64,000 nucleotides of DNA. It comes from Octopus vulgaris. Lineage: Eukaryota. The notes under the pieces were generated by a model, which was given only the letters and a program-made list of their open reading frames with translations, was not told the DNA's origin and ran no database searches. Location of the stretch: assembly GCA_951406725.2 (NCBI GenBank), contig OX597827.1:23622001-23686000 (forward strand), written 5' to 3'. Both the position numbers and the translations under genes were made by a program. Of this stretch, positions 1 through 12,412 are shown piece by piece (within the stretch, counting starts at the first letter, position 1; each line of letters opens with the position of its first letter).

Positions 1-123
1 AATGCATAGATACATACAGATACATACATATATATACATATATATATATACATATATATATACATATATATATACATACATATATATATACATATATATA
101 TACATACATATATATATGTAAAC

Positions 124-181
<58 letters not shown>

Positions 182-189
182 TTACATAC

Positions 190-220
<31 letters not shown>

Positions 221-378
221 CATACCTGTACATGCATACATATACATACATACATATGTTTGTGCATAATTTATATAGATATTATTATATATATATTATT
301 ATCATTATCATATTATGAATGATAACAACAATAATATAGGTAGCCAACGAGCAAAAGCTGATAAATGGCAAATCCAGA

Positions 379-542
379 ATTTTATAATTAATTTATACTT
401 ATAGAAGGGAACATGCGGTGTCAGCATTGTTGTGAAAGTCCTCCAAGTGATTGGTGGTTTTCTTACAGAATTTTTCGTCTCCGATCTTCACAACAATGCT
501 GGCACCGTGTGTGCCCTATTATAAATATATATTAATTATAAA

Positions 543-544
<2 letters not shown>
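379..544. repeat. Imperfect inverted repeat / small foldback element (~58-bp arms)
   Basis: 379-436 (attttataatta...cagcattgttgtgaa) is the reverse complement of 487-544 (ttcacaacaatgctg...attaattataaaat) with a few mismatches; ~50-nt spacer. Confidence 0.8.
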
Positions 545-578
<34 letters not shown>

Positions 579-582
<4 letters not shown>

Positions 583-721
583 GGTATGTAGAAAAATACA
601 ACATGGACAAGAACGTATAACTCTTAGAAGACGACACAATAAACACGGACAGGACATTCGAAACCCTCAGTCTTCAGTCAAGAACCGGATCATCGTAGTA
701 ATTTCGGCTGATTAATCTTGA
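579..721 (-). mobile_element. Dispersed ~140-bp repeat (second copy 25858-26001, opposite orientation), possibly Penelope-derived
   Basis: Near-identical reverse complement at 25858-26001; both abut (TA)n; family assignment is inference. Confidence 0.6.
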
Positions 722-750
722 ATATATATATATGCGTGTGTGTGTATATG

Positions 751-785
<35 letters not shown>

Positions 786-788
786 ATG

Positions 789-833
<45 letters not shown>

Positions 834-848
834 ATGTATATATATATA

Positions 849-889
<41 letters not shown>

Positions 890-1225
890 CCAAGAAAGAG
901 TGAGACTTATTACCAGGAAGAGACGGGAGGAGGGACTCAGGCATTGATGCCAGCGGCTTTGACAGTTATTTCTCATGTAAGTTGTGGGTTAATAAACTGG
1001 GAAAGAAAATATTATCTATAAATGTATGCTTCTATGCTGAAATGTATGCATGAATGCACATTTAATATATGTATATATAGATGCATAGATATACAGACAT
1101 ATAATTTATATTTTAGAGATAAATGTTCCGTATATAGAGAGGAGACACCGAGGCGCGCAAGACATTTGAGCGAAAGGAAGAATGAGGAAACGTAATGAGG
1201 AGAAGCAACAGACGGGTCACCAATA

Positions 1226-1294
<69 letters not shown>

Positions 1295-1322
1295 ATATAT
1301 ATAGATATAGATATAGATATAG

Positions 1323-1413
<91 letters not shown>

Positions 1414-1560
1414 TATTATATTATATTAAATTAGAGATAAAACCACTATTAGGCAAATCAAACAATGAAAAACATAACCCAATACATAAAATTAATTAAT
1501 TTATATTATTTTAAATATATATCAAAAGTATTAAAAGTTTAATAAAAGATAAAGAGTGAA

Positions 1561-1630
1561 ACACTACGATCGTTTCATGGCTGTACAATTCGTAATAATT
1601 CGAGTTATGGTTACAGTCAATCTTCAGGTT
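1561..1630 (-). ncRNA. Minimal type I hammerhead ribozyme motif (weak stem I)
   Basis: Minus strand AAC CUGAAGA UUGACUGUA...UACAGCCAU GAAA CGAUCG UA GUGU: intact core, stem II with one mismatch, palindromic stem III ACGAUCGU, GUA triplet, only 2-bp stem I. Confidence 0.6.
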
Positions 1631-1796
1631 AATTGAAATATCTAAAATATAATCAGAAATATTTAAACAATATTTTTAAGATATAAATAATATAATAATT
1701 TTACTTATAATAAACTCTATTATCAAACTAGAAACATAAAACTTAACAATTAAATCTGATTTTTCCCTGTAAGTTTGGATTTATTCCCTAATATTT

Positions 1797-1863
<67 letters not shown>

Positions 1864-1903
1864 TATAGATATATATATAGATATATATATATATGCGTGT
1901 TAA

Positions 1904-2108
1904 GGCGGCGAGCTGGGAGAAACGCTAGCATGTCTGTCGTTACGTTCCGAGTTCAAATTCCGCCGAGGTCGACTTTGCCTTTCATCTTTTCGGGTTCGGT
2001 AAATTAAGTACCAGTTACGCACTGGGGTCGATGTAATCGACTTAATCCGTTTGTCTGTCCTTGTTTGTCCTCTATGTGTTTAGCCCCCTTGTGGGTAGTA
2101 AAGAAATA
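1904..2108 (+). mobile_element. tRNA-derived SINE family A (ggcggcgagctggcagaa... head; Meta-domain-like core), internally deleted
   Basis: B-box-like gagttcaaattcc and core gtcgactttgcctttcatc..gggt..taaattaagtaccag shared with more than 10 copies in the window. Confidence 0.85.
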
Positions 2109-2448
2109 TATATATATATGCATGTGTGTGTGTGTGTCTGTGTGTGTGTGTGTGCGCGTGTGTGTATGTGTGTGTGTGCGTGTGTGTGCGTGCATGTGTG
2201 TATTTGTGTGTGTGTTTTCGTGTGTGCGTGCGTGTGTCAGTGTATGTGTGTGTATGTGCGTGTGTATGCGTATGCGCGCGCGTGAATGTATAAGAGTTGA
2301 CACGTAAACATTACTGGTACTATTTTCATTCCTTCCATTTGTTTTTCTTATTTTTATTTTCCCCCTGCATATTCAATGTCCGGAATAACGTAGCAACAAG
2401 ACCCCCGCCCCACAAAATATGCAAAACATATATATGTATGTATGTATG

Positions 2449-2521
<73 letters not shown>

Positions 2522-2805
2522 GAAACGCTGTTGCGTGGTGTATTATGAAAAACAATGGAAAACAAAATAATATAAATAAATATGAAATAAAAATATAATC
2601 GAAAATATATAATTTCAAAAAAAATTTCTTAGAATTGGGATTTTAAAGGTACGTATGTGTGTATGTGATTCACGTTGAGTTTGAACTTTTGAATCTAATT
2701 TAATTCTGTATAATACCAAAATAAAGTTTGCATGCATATATTTATATATGTATATATATATGTGTATATATATATATATGTATATATACATACATATATA
2801 TATAT

Positions 2806-2868
<63 letters not shown>

Positions 2869-3442
2869 ACCAAATGAAATCGTCTTCTGTGTCTAATTCT
2901 CTTATTTATGTTTTTCTTTATTTTTTGTTATTTAAATGAACTTTTCGATCGACTGCCTGTCGCATCCATTTATATACTTGCACCGCTACTATGTTGGCCT
3001 CTGCTTTCCACAGCTTTCCATGGCGGCCACCTTTTTATTATTTCTAAATAAACGAAACAAAGGCTGCAGTGGAACTTATTACCGAAATTGTTGGATGCCA
3101 TTTGACCTGCAAGAAATAGAAGCTAAATATCATTGAAATCGCAACTTAACTTTATAAAATATATAAAGTCTACCAAATCGAACTAAATCAGTAATACCAA
3201 CGACGCTTCTACTTCACCCAACACCATTACCATTCACCCTTCCTACAAGTGATGTCATCATTAGATCCATCACCAGAATCTGCAGTTTCCCAAAGATGTG
3301 GAACATAAACATCCGTGCTTTCACTCATTTCAGCTTCTTCTCTCACATGTGAATATTTTCACAAGACATCCACCACTGCTGTTATTAACAACACCAGAGA
3401 CAGCCAATTACGGTCGATCCTCAAACGCTACGAACACATCAG

Positions 3443-3478
<36 letters not shown>

Positions 3479-3677
3479 GAGAATAGCACAAGTGTATAAC
3501 ATTCAAAACATACATAGAGGACACAGTGGAACAAAGAAGACAGAGTAAAGAAAGCGAAACTAGCAACAACCATATTGAGAGAAGCCATTTAGTCAAATGA
3601 CAGCATTTAGTCAAACATATACAAGAGGGAGTCAACGAGGAAGCATCTATATGTTCGGTCGACTTGCTAGAAAATTG

Positions 3678-4105
3678 GGATCTTTTCGGTTTGAACGGCA
3701 GTTTTTAACAGTTTTTAGGTAACTAAAAAATTTTAAACTTCGTATACTGGTAGAATGTGTTTATAAAACATCTTTTTCTCTTGGATTTATTGAGAAAATT
3801 CTATAGTTTGTAAGATATTCGTTGTTTTGGTTTTTTTTTCAATTTCTGCAATTTCAACCAATCACTGACGTCTATTGAGGTACAAAACATTCTGTGCTGT
3901 ATGAATATGTTCCTCGTTTAAGAAACAGATTGGGTTTATTTACATTTGTGAAGAAAAAAAGATACCCTTCCCCCACCCCTAACCCTAACTAACCCTAACC
4001 CTAAAACAGATTGAAATGCAATAGATCGATACTAGGGTCATAATTATGGGTGACAATTTCATATGACACCGCTAGAAAAAACTGTCGTTCAAACCGAAAA
4101 GATCC
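3678..4105. mobile_element. MITE family M1 (GG..CC termini, 8-bp TSD; Merlin-like) with internal (CCCTAA)n
   Basis: TIRs ggatcttttcggtttgaacggcagttt / aaactgtcgttcaaaccgaaaagatcc; TSD gaaaattg at 3670-3677 and 4106-4113. Confidence 0.9.
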
Positions 4106-4858
4106 GAAAATTGTTGCCAAATCTCACGCAAATTCCACCCAGCAGCAATAAAACAGAAAGAACACATCGGCCAATGTAATCTCTAATACATAAAAGAACC
4201 GGTAATTTTTGGTTATCGACAAGAGATTGGATTAAAAGAGATCCTTTTGATTCAATACTCCAACACAGTGTTGACTTTTGGCCTCCTCAATAGCCATGAA
4301 ATGATTTGTTATAAAAATATTATCAGATTCAATAAGTTGTTTTATCTTTTCACTTTTTTAGGGGGGGGGAAACAAATTTTTAAGATAAGGGAGATAACCA
4401 AAAGTATCGATGTTTCTCATAAAACTTGGGGAGTTAACCCAATTTTTTAATGAGGGTTAGATAACCAAAATGTACCAAAAACATACGATATGGGCACGGC
4501 TGGAACACCGTTGATAAAACGTATGGGTCTAAAGAACAACAAGAGGAGTGTTAAATCTAACATAGATGCATGGTTTTCACTCAAAAGATGTAGATTTGCG
4601 AAATAAAATGCATGCTTTCGGATCTGGAATAATCTTTGTGATGAGGTTGTAGAGAAAATGATTGGTAATTCCACCAAATACAACAAGGAAAGGAAAAGAA
4701 TTGTTCATTTTTATTTATTTATTTAAGATTAAGAAAATATTTTATATTCTGGGCCCGGCGTGACGAGTTACGTCTGCTGGTATAAGAAGTGCCGATAACA
4801 AGAAATTTATGAACCAGACAAGGAAGGAAAGAGCAAACGAACAAACGAACGAACGAAA

Positions 4859-4907
<49 letters not shown>

Positions 4908-4972
4908 AAGAGAGAGAGAAAGAGAGGAGAGAGAGGAAAAAGGGAAAGAAATACAGGAGTACAGAAATTGTG

Positions 4973-5014
<42 letters not shown>

Positions 5015-5015
5015 C

Positions 5016-5041
5016 CATTTGTCTCCATTTTCCATTTCTCT

Positions 5042-5095
<54 letters not shown>

Positions 5096-5121
5096 AGAGA
5101 AATGGAAAATGGAGACAAATG
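5016..5121. repeat. Perfect 29-bp inverted repeat flanking a (GT)n tract
   Basis: catttgtctccattttccatttctcttat (5016-5044) vs ataagagaaatggaaaatggagacaaatg (5093-5121). Confidence 0.9.
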
Positions 5122-5145
5122 CACAAGATGTTATTTAAATCATAT

Positions 5146-5229
5146 CGCCGACATGTGTTTCGATGGGTACATTAAAATTAATCTGGAAGGAAAACTATTG
5201 TGGAATAATGTATCTATCTTATCAGGGAG
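5146..5229 (-). ncRNA. Degenerate type I hammerhead ribozyme downstream of a Penelope-like ORF
   Basis: Minus strand CUCC CUGAUAA GAUAGAUACAUUA...UAAUGUACCCAUC GAAA CACAUG UC GGCG; G8A core change, 13-bp stem II with 2 mismatches, near-palindromic stem III, GUC triplet. Confidence 0.65.
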
Positions 5230-5515
5230 GAGATTATAAATAACAGTGTTCAATAATAAGCCATCTTTACAGATGTAAGAGATTATAATACATAATATAT
5301 GAAAAACAAAAGGTGGATAGAGAACGTTAGTTATTTTTAAAATACCGCTAATTAACTTGACATCATAGGACAAGAGAAGAAGAGAAGGAAGAGAGAACGA
5401 AAATTAAAGGAGTAATGGAGGAGTAAACAAATAGAAGGTGAATGACAAATGGATAGAAATAATAAAGAATGGGATGTATGAAATGAAAAGAATAAAGTGA
5501 CAGTTACGGAGATTA

Positions 5516-5851
5516 TTAGGCAAAGGGGGCAGATATTATTTGAAATGACTGGAAGTGTTTTTTCCAATGTAAACACCTGTAAACACGTTCTTTATAAGTG
5601 TTGACAAGTGTGAGTTTGGAAAAAGGGATAAATAGTTGTTCGTCCGTACAAAGAGGGCAAAAAGATTTGCCTTTATCATAAGGGAACGATCTTGACAAAA
5701 TTTTCCAGTCCACAGAAAATTGTTTATTACAGACTTTGAGATGCTAAATTAGTTCACTAAGACCTGTAGTATTACGTTTATTGATATATTTAAATGTAGA
5801 AAAATGGTTGGCCACACGGTTTTTAAATTCTGCGGAGGTAAGTCCAACATG
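5516..5851 (-). pseudogene. Penelope-like retroelement GIY-YIG endonuclease C-terminal fragment
   Basis: Reads HVGLTSAEFKNRVANHFSTF...TTGLSELI*HLK...VDWKILSRSFPYDKGKSFCPLCTDEQLFI...RCLHWKKH, matching the PLE pattern YIG..FK.R..NH / WKIL...C.LC..E / C.H. Confidence 0.8.
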
Positions 5852-6120
5852 AAAAAAAATCTTTAGTTTCTGAAAAAACTTTGCATTCATAAACAACATT
5901 TTTTAATTTGGCAATTTTATTCGGACCTCAATTACAAATAGTATTACCATTGATATTATCAATTAAGGAGTGATTATCATTATTAATGTTATTGTTATTA
6001 TAGTTATTGAGCGAAACCTTTTTGCCGTTAAGAATATAATTGTTGTGAACAGATAATTTGTAGGAGATTATTAGTGTTGGAGAAAGCAATTCTCCAGTAG
6101 AGTATGTATGTTCAGTGATA

Positions 6121-6935
6121 TGAGGTGGTATCTAAAAGGTCCCGGACTAGTTCTGTAGCGCGCCAAGAGATGACAGCACACGGTTGCGTGCGCAGCGAGA
6201 GCTAGCAGTGGTCTTCATGAGGCAGTGTGTCGAGTGACGTCGCTGTGTTTACTTCGTAAGTTGTGAAATTTGTGTTCATGAGATCGCGTGTGTTTGCTGT
6301 AGTCTGCGATTTTTGTCTTGAACAGGAATAAAGAACCAACGGGAAATTTTGCGTTTAAGCTTGGAAGTCTTCTACGGGGATATTGAGTTTATGGCGACGA
6401 GGCAATGGGTCGGTCGTACCCAATGTTTCGAATGGCACAGGCACTCCAAAAACGGAAGAACGTCCCTGAAAGAGATGAGCGTCACCCCAGGAAATGTGGT
6501 GGGGCCAATCAAGAGTCGTACAGCAACGTTTTGAAACGTCTGAGGGATGACATTTGGCGAAAGCGACGGGATCTGTGGATTGTATTCTTCACTGAGCTCT
6601 CGTGAGTTCTTTGCCAAAAACATGTTATTGCTTCCGCACTCGCCTTATTCACCAGTTTAAGCACCTGCAGGCTTCCATCTCTTCTCCAAGATGAAAAGAC
6701 AGCTCAAAGATCGCCGTTTTAACACCGCTGCCGAGATCCAGAGCGAATCACAGAAGGTCCTCGGCTCGCTGATGGAAAACGATTTCTAAGCCGGATTCCA
6801 AAACTGGCAGGGAGGCTAGGTCCGGTGTATTGCTGAGAAAGGTGACTATTTCGAAAGAAATGATGTTGAGACTTCGGTGAATGAGTTATTCTTTATTAAA
6901 CATAACTAATCCGGGAATCTTTTGATACCACCTCG
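6121..6935 (+). mobile_element. Internally deleted, degraded mariner element
   Basis: TA-flanked imperfect TIRs tgaggtggtatctaaaaggtcccggactag / ctaatccgggaatcttttgataccacctcg; remnant HSPYSPV*APAGFHLFSKMKRQLKDRRF (YSPDLAP.DF motif). Confidence 0.85.
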
Positions 6936-7334
6936 TACATTCATTGAGTTCGTGTTTTATTGACTCAGGCGTAGATAGGTACCATCCAGCAGGTTCAGTA
7001 CTAAGTGAAATGTTACGGTCTACCTTGTCGAAAACAAGTTGCAAGCAGGGGCACAGTCCACCCAGTTGTAAATAGGTTTGACGTAGAGGCACAGCTCTGA
7101 ACAATTGTTGTATAGATGACGACTACAGAGCCAGAAACATGTCTTCGCAACCATCCTTTTACCTCCAGAGAGTGAATTTGTCCTATTCTTTGACGGTTGC
7201 CAATTTTGGGGAATTCTTGACCGATGAGATCGTCTGACCTTCTCAAGAGCAGCTGGTCTTAATGGCTATTTAGTAATTATGATACATCATCCAGAAGCAG
7301 ATAGAGTTTCAATAAATCATCAATTTATTTGGCA

Positions 7335-7482
7335 GGTATGGTAAGAAGCTTGCTTCCCAACTACATGTTTCCGGGTTCAGTCCCACTGCGTGGCACCTTG
7401 GGCAAGTGTCTTCTACTATAGCCTCAGGCCGACAAACCCTTGTGGGTGGATATGGTAGACGGAAACTGAAAGAAGCCTGTCG

Positions 7483-7484
<2 letters not shown>
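7335..7484 (+). mobile_element. SINE family B (tRNA head + CORE-like ggcaccttgggcaagtgtctt), 5' part
   Basis: Matches copies at 10848, 29430, 43923 and 61050. Confidence 0.8.
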
Positions 7485-7551
<67 letters not shown>

Positions 7552-7552
<1 letters not shown>

Positions 7553-7946
7553 TTAACCATCTTACAAACAATAACTCTGAGCACCTTTTCAAACTCCATC
7601 TGTCTAACACCCGTGGACATGTTTACAAAGTCAGAAAACAGCACAGCTCCCATGACTTTCGGAAACATTTTTTCACGCTAAGAGTTGCTGAGGCATGGAA
7701 CAAACTGCCGGCATCAGTTGTTAGTTATCGGGGCACTGCATCCTTTAAAACTTCCATGCTTCCTGAGATTCGCCAACACTACACCTGATTTTCTCCCCTC
7801 CATACACACGCAAGCATGTATATGACTCATGCATTGTTCACTTTGCAGACATTTGTACATTACTGCATATGCTTTATATGCACTTTTGACAAGTTGTTGT
7901 GCACCTGAGCACTGTATACAATAATTTCATTATTATTATTATTATT
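7552..7946 (+). mobile_element. CR1-clade LINE 3' fragment (ORF2 end, 3' UTR, (ATT)n tail)
   Basis: INHLTNNNSEHLFKLHLSNTRGHVYKVRKQHSSHDFRKHFFTLRVAEAWNKLPASVV...* (stop 7786-7788); TRGH and FF..RV...WN.LP..VV are CR1 C-terminal motifs. Confidence 0.85.
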
Positions 7947-8969
7947 ATATATATATATATTGTTTATCAGTGTGTAGATACACGAAGAGAAGACCATCGA
8001 TAGGACTTCTTATATGCTAGAAAGGGCAGTCACAACACAAATCACGAAAAAAATTCCTAAGGCACGTTGCATGAGAGCACTAGAATGAATAAAAATTCAG
8101 TAAGCCTTATACTCATGATTAATGACTTAATAAAACAATTAATCAATCCGCCATTTGTAGCTCGTCAGTAAGTAATTTTTAATTTTATTCTTAAATATTT
8201 CTCGTGCAATAAAAGGACAGACTATGCACTTTAATTCAAAGTTAAGTGTTTAATTTTATCCAACAAACCGCTGGATTACAGAGATTACTCCTATCCTTAA
8301 GTTAATCTACCATCAAATAAAACAAAATAAAACAACCGGATTATCAGGTTTGATAAATATGAGAGTTATTTCCCGTTTGTACGTTTATTAGAAAAGGTAG
8401 TTACCTCCCTTACTAAATGCTCCAGATTTCATTTTGAAATAAAAATGTCATCTCTTGTCCAGCTTCCAAAAATATGGAATTTTCAAAATTTCATTAATAC
8501 CATGGAATACCGTGTAATATATTCTGCCGTCTATTAAGTAAGCAAACCCTGTCTTTTTTTTAATTATTAGGTTGTCAAGAAAGTTCTTGCGGTTTTTAAC
8601 CTTTAAATTCAGATGCACACATCTCTGCTCAAACAAAACTTTATTAATCGAAATAAACGCCATCAGAATCAACATACTTTTGCCAACGTGAAACAAGTTT
8701 ATTTATTCCAGTAGCGTAAAAATCCTGCGTTCTGGTGGCGATGATGGTACCTACTTTCAGTTACTGGACTCCCTAATCAACTGAGCTCATTAAGCCCTCC
8801 CTCCACTTTTTACTTCAGAGTTCAGTGATTAGTGACAATAATGACATTTATTAATTTCCTGGTTGAGTGATTTAGTGTAATAGGGACAGTCTGCTATTAA
8901 AGTAATTGCATAAATAATTTAAAATATCTAACTCTATTTTCCATCTCTTGCCATCCATCATCACCATCC

Positions 8970-9205
8970 TCATCATTTAACATCCATTTTCCATACCGGT
9001 ATGGGTTGGATGGCTAGAGAGGAACTGGCAACACCAGGAGCTGCATCTGGTTCCACCGTCCGTCTTGGCTTGGTTTCTATGGCTCGATGCCCTTTCAAAT
9101 GTCTACCATTTTACAGAGTGGTCAAGATGATTTCTACATGGTACCATCACCAGTGCCTTTTATGTGGCACCACCACCAGTGCTTCTTATGTGGCACCAGC
9201 ACTGA
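8970..9205 (-). mobile_element. Retroposon family C (RTE-related, (GAT)n tail), degraded
   Basis: catcatttaacatccattttcc..ggtatgggttgg..gatgccctt pattern shared with 11805, 14040, 26210, 38090 and 61412. Confidence 0.65.
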
Positions 9206-10847
9206 CAAGGTCCCCAACTACCTGTATTAAGAATAAAAACAATTTGATACAAACAAAACTAGCAATTTCTTGTCTTTTAACTTTCTACTTTTCAGGGTGT
9301 CTGTGTAGATTCTCTTAACCAAAGTATGGCAGCATTATTTATGGTTCTTGTCTCTCAGGATGTGTCAAAACTTCAAATTGGACAACTCGCTCCATACATG
9401 TAATGATGGAAATTATTATTCTTTTTTTTTTTTTAAAATCTATTATTCCATTTTCTAATTGCTACAAAAACAATATCTCCACTCATAGACATTCTAAAAT
9501 CTGTAAGTACATTTTAGTCTAGACTTTGCTAACAAGGCCTAATAATACAGGAACATGTAATAAGTTATTACCATAGCTACCAAAAATCGAACCCATTCTA
9601 GATTTCATCTCTATTTAAATTTTTAATTTAAATTTCTGAGTTGTCTTTCTTGGTTTACTAAGTAACTATTGTCATTAACACTAAATATGATTTCTTGTCA
9701 TTAACCCTGTTATGTCAGTTGATAACAAAATTATCTTTGCTCCAACTACATTAAGCATGTTAATCCGTTTTGTGACATATTCTTTAACTAGTTTCACATT
9801 CACTGGATCCCAACCATATTCTCACAATACTGTCAGCTGTTTATAGACCCCCATTATTTATTGTTGAATACAACAGAAACAGATTTTGATGAAACACTGC
9901 TTCTGTTGCATTTATCATGGTCGATATCCCTGCTCTTTGCTGGCAAGGGTTGGATGGTTTGTCAAGGATCCAATGAATCCCAAGATTGCATTGTGTTCCA
10001 GTGTCTGCTTTGGCATGGTTTCTGTGGCTGGATGCCCTTCCTAATGCCAACCACTTTACAGAATGTACTGGGTGCTGCTTTTTTATTTCATGCCTCCAGC
10101 CCTTGTAATGTTGCCATGCAGTTTGCAAGACAACAAAACCCAAGCAGGGTGGGATGATTTTGTGTTGGGTGGCCATTTGCAACACCTGTAATTGTCCGTT
10201 CTCTTTCCTCCACAAAATATATATCAGTGATAACAGATTTTGCCTAAGCTTGCAGTAGACTGTGACTACATGCTACTACCAAAGCCCAACAATTCAAAAA
10301 TGCTACAACTAACATTCCCATTGTGTTTGTTGGACAACTTTCATCTGCCTTTGTTTGCAGGCAATATTTTTGCGTTTTAATTCTACGGAAATTAACTTTG
10401 AGTGAGTCATTTTGATAGTGTTGACATTTCATGCCTGCCATAATATTTCTTTAGAGTTCAACTTGATGAAATCTCCAAACAGTTTAAATGCACAATTCTC
10501 TGATATCCAAGTGGTTTAAAAATTATCAGCAGAAGGGAATCAGGAATCTTGACTTGGGTGCAGCCCAGATCCCTCTTGCAGTGTAAGAAGTTTCGGGCCA
10601 AAACACTAGCCTGAAGACCTTCTGCTGTTCAGCCTTCTTGAGAATTTCTTATCACTGTTTCTAAACAACACATCACATCCAGAAGAGATGTTATCTCCAG
10701 TTGAATACTGCTGTGAATTTGCCTTTTTGTGACGTATTTACTTTTAGTATGATACACGTGTTCTTTCTGAAGTGTATGTTTATCAAGTTCTAACACAAAA
10801 TTATTAGTATCGATATGCTTAAGTGCAATATTAAAATATATATATAT

Positions 10848-11250
10848 GCGGAGGAGTAGCTGTGTGGTAAGTAGCTTGCTTACCAACTACATGGTTTCCG
10901 GTTCAGTCCCACTGCATGGCACCTTGGACAAGTGTCTTCTACAACAGCTTCAAGCCAACCAAAGCCTTGTGAGTAGATTTGATAGATGGAAACTGAAAGA
11001 AGCCCATTGTATATATATATATATATATATATATGTTTGTCTGTGTGTGTGTGTGTGTGTGTCCCCTCCCACCATGACTTGACAACCGATGTTGGTGTGT
11101 TTACGTCCCCTTAACTTAGTAATTTGGCAAAAGAGACCGATAGAATAAGTCCTAGGCTTACAAAGAATGAGTCATGGTGACGATTTGTTCGACTAAAATG
11201 CGGTGCTCCAGCATGGCTGCAGTCAAATAACTGAAACAAATAAAAGAATA
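10848..11250 (+). mobile_element. SINE family B, full length with internal (TA)n/(TG)n
   Basis: tRNA-like head, CORE-like segment, 3' part ending ccagcatggctgcagtcaaataactgaaacaaataaaag. Confidence 0.85.
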
Positions 11251-11804
11251 AACATCCCCATTGTTTTAGCATCCACTTTTTCATGTTTTCAAGGGTTGGC
11301 CAGCATTTTTAATCAAAGTAATACTTCCCCATGGCCAGACATTTTCTTGCAGAATATTTGAAATAAATGACACTGCTTGTATGACAGGTATACTCATTTA
11401 CAACTACCACACAATATTAAGACAGGAGACACGAGTGTATTCATTGACATTCACGTATGACAGGCTTCTTTCAGTTTCCATCTATCTCTTCCACTTTGAT
11501 CAGACTGAACTATGAGAGAAGACATCCAAAGTGCTATTGCATGGCACCTTGGCTAACTTAGTACTGAATACATGGTGCTCCAACATGGCTATAGTCTGTT
11601 GACTGAAACAAAAATATTTCAACGTTTTTTCTTTTTATTTTTTCTCAAGGATTGGAGTGATTTCAGAGATTTCTTCAAAGTCTTGTTTAAAGAAGAACAC
11701 AGTTTTGTTAACGAAGAATTAAAGACAGGTGACAAAAGACTCTTATTAACCTGTGTTGGAGTCACTTATACAAATGTTAGCAAACCTGTTTTGTAGAAAG
11801 TATC

Positions 11805-12412
11805 AACATCATCAACACGGTTTAACGTCCATTTTTCATGCTGGCATGGGTTGGACACTTCGACTGGGGTCTGGGAAGCTAGGAGGCTGCACCAGGCTCC
11901 AATCTGATCTGGCAGTGTTTTACAGCTGGATGCCCTTCCTAACGCCAACCACTCCAAGAGTGTAATGGATGCTTTTTACATGCCACCGGCACAGGGGCCA
12001 GAAGAGTCTGGCAACAGCTACGATTGGTTGGTGCTTTTTACATGCCACCAGCACGTTAGCCAGTCAAGGCGGTGCTGGCATCGGCCACGTTCGGATGGTG
12101 CTTTTTACATGCCACTGGTACAGGTGTCACAACTACAATTTCCATTTGATTTTCATTTTGATGTTGATGTACTTAATTCAATAGGTCTCTTCAAGCACAG
12201 CAGGTCACCCTACGATCCAAGGTACTTTTGAATGGGCCGGGGCTGGTTATGCGAAACTGGTGTAGGATACAGCCATGAACTCACTATATTTGCCAGGTCT
12301 TGGCAGTCACAGCATATCACCAGATGTCTCAGTCTTTTGTCATTGCCTCTGTGAGGCCCAACGTTCGAAGTTCATGCTTCACCACCTCATCCCATGTCTT
12401 CCTGGGTCTACC
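11805..12412 (-). mobile_element. RTE LINE 3' end contiguous with the family C module
   Basis: 12412->12285 reads GRPRKTWDEVVKHELRTLGLTEAMTKD*DIW*YAVTAKT (RTE ORF terminus), followed by the family C module and a gat-rich tail. Confidence 0.85.

Noticed and set aside
3977-4004. Telomere or chromosome end
   Set aside because: Only a few CCCTAA units, internal to a MITE
8058-8066. TAAGGCACG matching the miR-124 5' end
   Set aside because: Only 9 nt match and no precursor hairpin
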